The position numbers were made by a program, and so were the translations under genes. The notes beneath the pieces were generated by a model. It saw only the letters and a list, made by a program, of their open reading frames with translations. It ran no database searches and was not told where the DNA came from. From a virus (Duplodnaviria > Heunggongvirae > Uroviricota > Caudoviricetes), in IMG/VR virus record IMGVR_UViG_2548876959_000020, positions 1 through 6,200 of that record: a DNA stretch of 6,200 nucleotides. One strand, written 5' to 3'. Shown here piece by piece: positions 1 through 4,952 of this stretch. Numbering within the stretch: position 1 is the first letter of the stretch; every line of letters begins with the position of its first letter.

Positions 1-969
1 ATGAGTGAAGTAACAGATTTAGTTGTTATTGAAAAAGCAAATGCAATGACTGTATTTCAGCATGCCGACCAGATTGAAGAAATCCTTCAAAAGGTTGAAC
101 GTGAAGTTATGTCCTTTGTGCCTGATATCACAACGGCAAAGGGCAGAAAGGAGATCGCTTCTCTGGCGTATAAAGTTGCGCAGACGAAAACATATCTCGA
201 TGGTATTGGCAAAGACCTTGTTGCTGAACTGAAGGAAATTCCAAAGCTAATTGATGCCAACCGCAAGACAGTGCGCGATCGCCTTGATGAACTGAAAGCC
301 AAGGCGCGCCAGCCTCTTACTGATTATGAGTGGGAGCAGGCACGGATTAAAGCCGAAGAAGAAGCTAAGGCAGCAGCTGAAGCTCTCGCAAAGCAAATTG
401 AGTCTGACCATGAAATAGCGATTTTGATGGATCGCGAATTTGACCGCCAAAGAGAAGAGGCAAGACTCAAAACGGAGCAGGAAAAGCGAGAGCATGAAGA
501 ACGCTTAAAAAGAGAGGCTGAAGAGAAAGCCAGAGCTGAAGCCGAAGCAAAGGCAAAAGCCGAAATTGAAGCAGCAGCAAGGCGAGAAGCAGAAGCTAAG
601 GCCGCAGCGGAACGTGCAGAGCGTGAACGCATTGAAGCCGAGCAACGAGCACAGCGCGAAGCAAAAGAGGCAGCAGAACGAGCTGAAAGAGAAAAGCAGG
701 CAGCAATTGAAGCAGAACGCAGAAAAGCACAGGAGGAGGCTGAACGAATCCGTCGCGAGGCTGAAGCAAAAGAGCAAGCCAGAATAGCAGAAGAAAAAAG
801 AATCAAGGACGAAGAAGAGCGTAGAGCAAAGGATAAAGCTCACCGGAAAGAAGTAAATAACAAAATACTTGCTGACCTTATCAAGGTTGGTGCATCAGAA
901 GATGTTGCTAAAAATATCATAACAGCCATCGTAAAAGGCGAAGTATTCGCAACAAAAATAACCTACTAA
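1..969 (+). CDS. Hypothetical phage protein with a long E/R/K/A-rich charged helix between a globular N-terminal region and a short C-terminal region; function unknown
   Basis: 322-codon ORF, stop TAA 967-969. Residues ~115-280 are almost pure EAKA/ERAE-type repeats. The ATG sits at window position 1, so the true start could lie upstream. Confidence 0.6.
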   Translation: MSEVTDLVVIEKANAMTVFQHADQIEEILQKVEREVMSFVPDITTAKGRKEIASLAYKVAQTKTYLDGIGKDLVAELKEIPKLIDANRKTVRDRLDELKAKARQPLTDYEWEQARIKAEEEAKAAAEALAKQIESDHEIAILMDREFDRQREEARLKTEQEKREHEERLKREAEEKARAEAEAKAKAEIEAAARREAEAKAAAERAERERIEAEQRAQREAKEAAERAEREKQAAIEAERRKAQEEAERIRREAEAKEQARIAEEKRIKDEEERRAKDKAHRKEVNNKILADLIKVGASEDVAKNIITAIVKGEVFATKITY

Positions 970-993
970 TAAAACCAACATAAGGAACCACCC

Positions 994-1125
994 ATGATTT
1001 ACGCAATCGCGGGAGGCGCTCGCATGGGTGCCTTCCAACTAAATGAATCTTTACTTGAACGAATCACCCGTAAATTACGTGACGGATGGAAAAGAGTTGA
1101 GGTCTTATTATGCGCAATGAAATAG
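994..1125 (+). CDS. Small hypothetical protein (43 aa; alternative start ATG 1024 gives 33 aa)
   Basis: AAGGAA at 982-987 ahead of ATG 994. An internal GGGAGG at 1011-1016 sits 7 nt before ATG 1024. Its 3' end overlaps the next gene. Below the ORF-track length cutoff; translated by hand. Confidence 0.3.
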   Translation: MIYAIAGGARMGAFQLNESLLERITRKLRDGWKRVEVLLCAMK

Positions 1126-1262
1126 CCATCAATCACCAGATGCTTCGTGCTGCACAAAACAAAGCAGTAATAGCCAGATTTATTGGTGATTCCAAAATGT
1201 GGCTTGAAGCAAATAAAGCGATGAAATCAGCTATCAACCTTCCGTGGTATCGCAGGAAATGA
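1110..1262 (+). CDS. Small protein (50 aa), possibly a Kil-like host cell-division inhibitor
   Basis: GAGG at 1100-1103, 6 nt before ATG 1110. Translation MRNEIAINHQMLRAAQNKAVIARFIGDSKMWLEANKAMKSAINLPWYRRK. The FIGD-K-M region resembles my recollection of lambda Kil, and the gene sits just upstream of the recombination genes as kil does in lambda. Not verified. Confidence 0.4.
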   Translation: MRNEIAINHQMLRAAQNKAVIARFIGDSKMWLEANKAMKSAINLPWYRRK

Positions 1263-1429
1263 GTTTTACAGATAACTGGTCAGACGAAGAATTCATTCGT
1301 CAGATGAAAGAATTAATCGGTAACGAAGGAGATATTCATGTCACTTGCAACCACAGTGAAGGAGAGCAAGTTACAGAGACGCATGTACACGCAGCAGGCG
1401 TTAATGTATCGCCAGAAGGGAGATCGTGA
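1259..1429 (+). CDS. Small hypothetical protein (56 aa)
   Basis: ATG 1259 overlaps the upstream stop as ATGA (1259-1262). No properly spaced Shine-Dalgarno. Overlaps the better-supported ORF 1338-1508 by 92 nt in another frame, so at most one may be fully real. Confidence 0.3.
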   Translation: MSFTDNWSDEEFIRQMKELIGNEGDIHVTCNHSEGEQVTETHVHAAGVNVSPEGRS

Positions 1430-1508
1430 AGGTGTTCGCGTATTTTTAAATGCGGCAAAGACTGAAGTATTAAATCAGCGTTATTTCCTTGGGCCATGTC
1501 CATTCTGA
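1338..1508 (+). CDS. Small hypothetical protein (56 aa)
   Basis: GAAGGAG at 1325-1331, 6 nt before ATG 1338. Stop TGA 1506-1508 overlaps the RBS of the downstream SSAP gene. Translation MSLATTVKESKLQRRMYTQQALMYRQKGDREGVRVFLNAAKTEVLNQRYFLGPCPF. Not in the ORF track (below cutoff). Confidence 0.4.
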   Translation: MSLATTVKESKLQRRMYTQQALMYRQKGDREGVRVFLNAAKTEVLNQRYFLGPCPF

Positions 1509-1516
1509 GGTGAATT

Positions 1517-2224
1517 ATGGATTTGAATAAATTCGATGAGCCATTCAGCCCTGAAGATATCGAATGGCGAATACAGCAAAGCGGTAAAACACGCGATGGC
1601 AAGGTGTGGGCTATGGTGCTGGCTTATGTCACGAACCGGGCAATCATGAAACGCCTGGACGATGTTTGCGGCAAAGCAGGATGGCGCAATGAATACCGCG
1701 ATATTCCCAACAACGGCGGCGTTGAATGCGGCATATCAATCAAGATTGATTCCGAATGGGTAACCAAATGGGATGCTGCTGAAAACACGCAGGTAGAAGC
1801 CGTCAAAGGCGGTCGTTCCGGTGCAATGAAGCGCGCTGCCGTTCAGTGGGGAATCGGTCGGTATCTGTATAACCTTGAGGAAGGTTTCGCACAAACATCT
1901 CTCGATAAAAAGCAGGGGTGGCACAGGGCAAAACTGAAGGATGGAACAGGATTTTACTGGTCCCCTCCATCGCTGCCGGGATGGGCAATCCCAGCATCAG
2001 ATAACAAACCATCACCAGAAAATACCAACCAGAAATCTCCATCGGTTGACTGCGAACAAATTCTGAAAGAATTCAGCGATTATGTGTCAACAGAAACTGA
2101 CAAGAAAAAACTCATCGAGCGTTATCAGCGTGACTGGCAATTAATGGCTGGAAACGAGGAGGCGCAGGCTAAATGCGTTCAGGTAATGAACATCAGAGTT
2201 AACGAACTAAAACAGGCGGCATAA
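1517..2224 (+). CDS. Rad52/Sak-family single-strand annealing protein (phage recombinase)
   Basis: 235 aa. N-terminal region (WAMVLAYVTNRAIMKRLDDVCGKAGWRNEY ... GGRSGAMKRAAVQWGIGRYLY) matches the Rad52/Rad22 annealing-domain pattern. GAGG at 1507-1510 precedes ATG 1517. Immediately followed by an SSB gene. Confidence 0.75.
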   Translation: MDLNKFDEPFSPEDIEWRIQQSGKTRDGKVWAMVLAYVTNRAIMKRLDDVCGKAGWRNEYRDIPNNGGVECGISIKIDSEWVTKWDAAENTQVEAVKGGRSGAMKRAAVQWGIGRYLYNLEEGFAQTSLDKKQGWHRAKLKDGTGFYWSPPSLPGWAIPASDNKPSPENTNQKSPSVDCEQILKEFSDYVSTETDKKKLIERYQRDWQLMAGNEEAQAKCVQVMNIRVNELKQAA

Positions 2225-2740
2225 ATGGCAATCAGAGGCGTAAATAAGGTGATCATTATTGGTCGCCTTGGGCATGATCCAGAAATCAGATATTCACCAT
2301 CAGGAACGGCATTTGCAAACCTTACAGTTGCTACGTCAGAACAGTGGCGTGATAAGCAAACTGGAGAGCAAAAGGAGCAGACGGAGTGGCACCGTGTGGT
2401 AATGAGCGGGAAACTGGCAGAAATTGCCAGCGAATATCTGCGAAAAGGCTCTGAGGTTTATCTTGAAGGCAAATTGCGGACAAGAAAATGGCAGGATCAA
2501 AGCGGACAGGATCGGTTCACTACCGAAGTCATCGTGGGCGTTGGTGGAACCATGCAAATGCTTGGTGGCAAGCAAGGAGGCAATGAACAGTCTTCACCTC
2601 AGCGAAATAACGGTCAGCAACAAAGACAGCAATCTCAGCAGCAGGGGAATCACAGCGAACCACCTATGGATTTTGACGACGATATCCCCTTTGCACCAGT
2701 AACTCTCCCCTTCCCTCGTCACGCTATTCACGCAATTTAA
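2225..2740 (+). CDS. ssb: Single-stranded DNA-binding protein (prophage SSB) with a C-terminal extension beyond DDDIPF
   Basis: 171 aa. OB-fold region closely resembles E. coli SSB ([48 protein letters not shown]). Q-rich linker, then [11 protein letters not shown] followed by 15 more residues ([15 protein letters not shown]) before TAA. ATG 2225 abuts the upstream stop (TAAATG). Confidence 0.9.
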   Translation: MAIRGVNKVIIIGRLGHDPEIRYSPSGTAFANLTVATSEQWRDKQTGEQKEQTEWHRVVMSGKLAEIASEYLRKGSEVYLEGKLRTRKWQDQSGQDRFTTEVIVGVGGTMQMLGGKQGGNEQSSPQRNNGQQQRQQSQQQGNHSEPPMDFDDDIPFAPVTLPFPRHAIHAI

Positions 2741-2753
2741 TCAGGAGAAAATC

Positions 2754-3050
2754 ATGCCAGCGCCTCTGTATGGTGCGGATGACGTGCGCCGCTGTTCCGG
2801 CAAATCCGTATCGGAGGTGCTGGATAAATTCAGAAAAAACTACGACCTGATAATGTCTCTACCGCAGGAAACGAAAGAGGAAAAGGAATTTCGCCACTGT
2901 ATATGGCTTGCAGAGAAAGAAGAACGAGAGCGAATTTACCAGACATCAATCCGACCATTCCGCAAAGCCACATATACCCACTTCCCTGAATATATCGACC
3001 CGCGCCTGCGTAATTACCGCTCACGCTATGGCGCTATCAGTAATGACTGA
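2754..3050 (+). CDS. Hypothetical phage protein (98 aa), unknown function
   Basis: AGGAG at 2742-2746 ahead of ATG 2754. Ends TGA 3048-3050. No recognisable motif. Confidence 0.55.
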   Translation: MPAPLYGADDVRRCSGKSVSEVLDKFRKNYDLIMSLPQETKEEKEFRHCIWLAEKEERERIYQTSIRPFRKATYTHFPEYIDPRLRNYRSRYGAISND

Positions 3051-3060
3051 GGAATTTACC

Positions 3061-3228
3061 ATGAGAGGACTTGCATACAATCCCGGCATTCTTCCGGCAG
3101 AAATGATTATTCGCCAACGCGTAAAGCCAATGCCATCGAGAGAGGAATTGCTTAAGAGAAATTCTTTTCCATCAGTGAATCAAAACAAATATCTGAATGC
3201 GATGTGGCGCAAAGGAGGCAACCAGTGA
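3061..3228 (+). CDS. Small hypothetical phage protein (55 aa)
   Basis: GAGGA at 3049-3053, 7 nt before ATG 3061. This is the in-frame 3' part of ORF-track entry 2908..3228, whose longer version would overlap the previous gene by 143 nt. Stop TGA 3226-3228 overlaps the next gene's GTG start. Confidence 0.45.
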   Translation: MRGLAYNPGILPAEMIIRQRVKPMPSREELLKRNSFPSVNQNKYLNAMWRKGGNQ

Positions 3229-3815
3229 GCGAAATTAACTATCAGGCACTGCGCGAGGCGGCAGAGAAAGCGACGTGGGGAGACTGGGACTCATATAAAC
3301 CACACCGTGGCGCACGTGGTTATGAGGTCCGACTAAGTAGTCAGGCCATTGCGCAACACGTTCTGAAAAACAACGCTGAATTTATTGCTGCCTTTAATCC
3401 AAAGGTTGCTTTGGCACTACTGGATGAACGGGAAAGAAACCGGCAATACATCAAACGCCGCGACCAGGAGAACGAGGATATTGCGCTAACGGTAGGGAAG
3501 CTGCGTGTTGAGCGGGAGGCAGCAAAAAAACGCATAGCAGAACTGGAAGCCGAACTCGTAAGCCAAACTTACAAGTTGAACGAGCTATCGGGCAACTCTC
3601 CGGTAACTCCGGATGGTTGGATAAGCTGTAGTGAGCGAATGCCGGATACCAAAACAGCCGTTCTTGTTGCCAGGGAGTTTGACAGGAAAGGTGACTGGCG
3701 AATGAAATGGGCGACTTACATCCCGGGTCATCCTGACGCTAATGATGGGTGGATAATTCCTGGTGCGTCGTGGAAACCGTCACACTGGATGCCGCTACCA
3801 GAGCCTCCACTTTGA
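3225..3815 (+). CDS. Ead/Ea22-like N-terminal domain fused to a DUF551 C-terminal domain (phage early protein)
   Basis: AGGAGG at 3213-3218, 6 nt before GTG 3225 (the ORF track uses GTG 3204). N-terminus shows Ead/Ea22-like motifs ([32 protein letters not shown]) followed by a coiled coil. C-terminus ([11 protein letters not shown]...WMPLPEPP) looks like DUF551. Confidence 0.7.
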   Translation: MSEINYQALREAAEKATWGDWDSYKPHRGARGYEVRLSSQAIAQHVLKNNAEFIAAFNPKVALALLDERERNRQYIKRRDQENEDIALTVGKLRVEREAAKKRIAELEAELVSQTYKLNELSGNSPVTPDGWISCSERMPDTKTAVLVAREFDRKGDWRMKWATYIPGHPDANDGWIIPGASWKPSHWMPLPEPPL

Positions 3816-3911
3816 AAGCGAAGCTTATACATATCTTTTACATCAGCAATCTATTGTTAATCTCCAATCAATGTTACGTTGTCATCTCACTCATGCTTTG
3901 GAGGTAGTGAT

Positions 3912-4091
3912 ATGTCTTGTCCAAAATGCGGTTCTGGAAATATTGCAAAAGAAAAAACAATGCGTGGATGGTCTGGTGATTATGTGTGCTGCGATTGCGG
4001 ATACAACGACTCTAAAGACGCATTTGGAGAGCGTGGTAAAAACGAGTTTGTTAAAATTAATAAAGAACGCGAAGGCAACGAAAAAAGCTAA
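3912..4091 (+). CDS. Small zinc-ribbon protein (59 aa; CPKC ... CCDC)
   Basis: GGAGG just upstream of ATG 3912. Two Cys pairs (C-P-K-C and C-C-D-C) 19 residues apart, Lys/Glu-rich tail. The ORF track's ATG 3879 start would place the RBS inside the gene. Confidence 0.55.
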   Translation: MSCPKCGSGNIAKEKTMRGWSGDYVCCDCGYNDSKDAFGERGKNEFVKINKEREGNEKS

Positions 4092-4156
4092 TTTATTTAT
4101 TCATATATGAAAACAATGTAACCAATATTCGAATTGAAGAACTGAAAGAACACCAA

Positions 4157-4180
4157 GCCGCCTGATGGCGGTTTTTTATT
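4157..4180 (+). terminator. Putative Rho-independent terminator after the zinc-ribbon gene
   Basis: GC-rich hairpin GCCGCC-TGAT-GGCGG followed by TTTTTTATT, 66 nt downstream of the stop at 4091. Confidence 0.5.
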
Positions 4181-4187
4181 GCCTGAT

Positions 4188-4203
4188 TTGCAGGTTCGAT
4201 TCC
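4188..4203 (+). other. tRNA-Arg (argW) T-arm fragment: 16-nt identity to the tRNA 5' T-stem and T-loop
   Basis: TTGCAGGTTCGATTCC matches the argW segment immediately preceding the att core as I recall it; the T-stem 3' strand is not completed (CCcta instead of CCTGC). Confidence 0.45.
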
Positions 4204-4222
4204 CTATTCGGAGATAGCACTC

Positions 4223-4423
4223 ATGCAACACGAACTACAGCCTGATTCACTGGTTGATTTGAAATTCATCATGGCTGATACTGGCTTCGGTAAGACCTTC
4301 ATCTATGACCGGATTAAGTCCGGCGACCTGCCAAAAGCCAAAGTTATCCACGGTCGAGCAAGATGGTTATATCGCGACCATTGTGAATTCAAAAATAAGC
4401 TCTTAAGCCGCGCCAATGGGTAA
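4223..4423 (+). CDS. torI: TorI-type excisionase / recombination directionality factor (AlpA/Xis family winged helix)
   Basis: 66 aa, MQHELQPDSLVDLKFIMADTGFGKTFIYDRIKSGDLPKAKVIHGRARWLYRDHCEF..., which I recognise as E. coli TorI (the KplE1 excisionase). GGAG is 9 nt before the ATG. Lies immediately before the att core. Confidence 0.8.
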   Translation: MQHELQPDSLVDLKFIMADTGFGKTFIYDRIKSGDLPKAKVIHGRARWLYRDHCEFKNKLLSRANG

Positions 4424-4496
4424 AATAGCGGGTAAAATATTTCTCACATCTAAAAAACACCATTCCAATCAATCCCCTGCCGCTTCAAGTAGATGT

Positions 4497-4511
4497 CTGC
4501 AGGGGACACCA
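4497..4511 (+). other. attR core: copy of the 3' end of tRNA-Arg (argW), CTGCAGGGGACACCA
   Basis: 15-nt identity to the T-stem 3' strand, acceptor 3' strand and CCA end of argW. No upstream tRNA body is present, so this is an attachment-site repeat, not a tRNA gene. Confidence 0.7.
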
Positions 4512-4952
4512 GATACCCTTCAAACGAAATCTACCTTCACCCCGTAAAAGATGGGTTTGGCAGCACACTTGCCTTATATCTACTCATTTTTACTGCAACA
4601 GGTTGAAATCTCAGCACTGTCAGAAAGCGCTGATGACTAAACAGCCCTGGGCCGGGCGATGTAACCATCACACAGAATCCTGATAGCGAAATATGGCGTG
4701 ACTCGATACTTCACTCCGCAATGCATTCCTTGATGAATTCGCAGGACCGTGATACACGGGACAGGTCACTGAATGACGACAATGTCCTGGAAATCAGCGA
4801 ACCGCGCATCTGAAGTACATTTGAGCGACTGTACCAGAACATGAATGAGGCGTTTGGATTAGGCGATTATTAGCAGGGCTAAGCATTTTACTATTATTAT
4901 TTTCCGGTTGAGGGATATAGAGCTATCGACAACAACCGGAAAAAGTTTACGT

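Larger units (their letters stand above)
1..4511 (+). mobile_element. Right arm of a lambdoid-type prophage integrated at tRNA-Arg (KplE1/CPS-53-like end), running to the attR core
   Basis: Co-oriented phage early-left style genes (SSAP, SSB, Ead/Ea22-DUF551, excisionase) ending at a 15-nt copy of the tRNA-Arg 3' end (4497-4511). Left boundary lies outside the window. Confidence 0.7.

Noticed and set aside
87-843. Four antisense ORFs (87..302, 247..495, 324..806, 505..843 on the - strand) and a + strand alternate-frame ORF (566..787) inside the coiled-coil gene
   Set aside because: They are by-products of the low-complexity GAA/GCA-rich repeat. Their translations are S/A/F/C-rich or K/Q-rich nonsense with no RBS, and all lie wholly within the more plausible 322-aa frame.
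1336-2042. Minus-strand ORFs 1336..1602, 1624..1806, 1736..1924 and 1803..2042
   Set aside because: They lie antisense within the small-gene array and the SSAP gene, have no start signals, and have implausible composition.
2336-2702. ORFs 2336..2575 (-) and 2424..2702 (+) inside ssb
   Set aside because: Alternate-frame or antisense ORFs within a clearly conserved SSB coding frame.
2830-3228. ORF 2830..3024 (-) and the long form of ORF 2908..3228 (+)
   Set aside because: The minus ORF is antisense to a gene with a strong RBS. The long + form would overlap the upstream gene by 143 nt, whereas an internal ATG at 3061 with a properly spaced GAGGA gives a non-overlapping gene.
3341-4110. ORFs 3341..3535 (-), 3763..4110 (+) and the 3879 start of the zinc-ribbon ORF
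   Set aside because: These are antisense or out of frame relative to the Ead/DUF551 and zinc-ribbon genes. The 3879 start would place the GGAGG inside the coding region.
4092-4222. A sigma-70 promoter for torI in the region between the zinc-ribbon gene and torI
   Set aside because: Candidate -35 hexamers (TTGCCT at 4179-4184, TTGCAG at 4188-4193) lack a convincing -10 at 16-18 bp spacing, so no promoter can be called from sequence alone.
4188-4511. An intact tRNA-Arg gene
   Set aside because: Only the T-arm fragment and the 3' terminal 15 nt are present, about 293 bp apart. No D-arm, anticodon arm or acceptor 5' strand is seen, so these are att-site remnants.
4900-4944. Hairpin after the cscB stop as an intrinsic terminator
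   Set aside because: The T-run precedes and the A-run follows the stem on the + strand, so neither strand's transcript has a U-tract after the hairpin, and the loop is 22 nt. It is not a canonical Rho-independent terminator and may be a REP-like or structural element.
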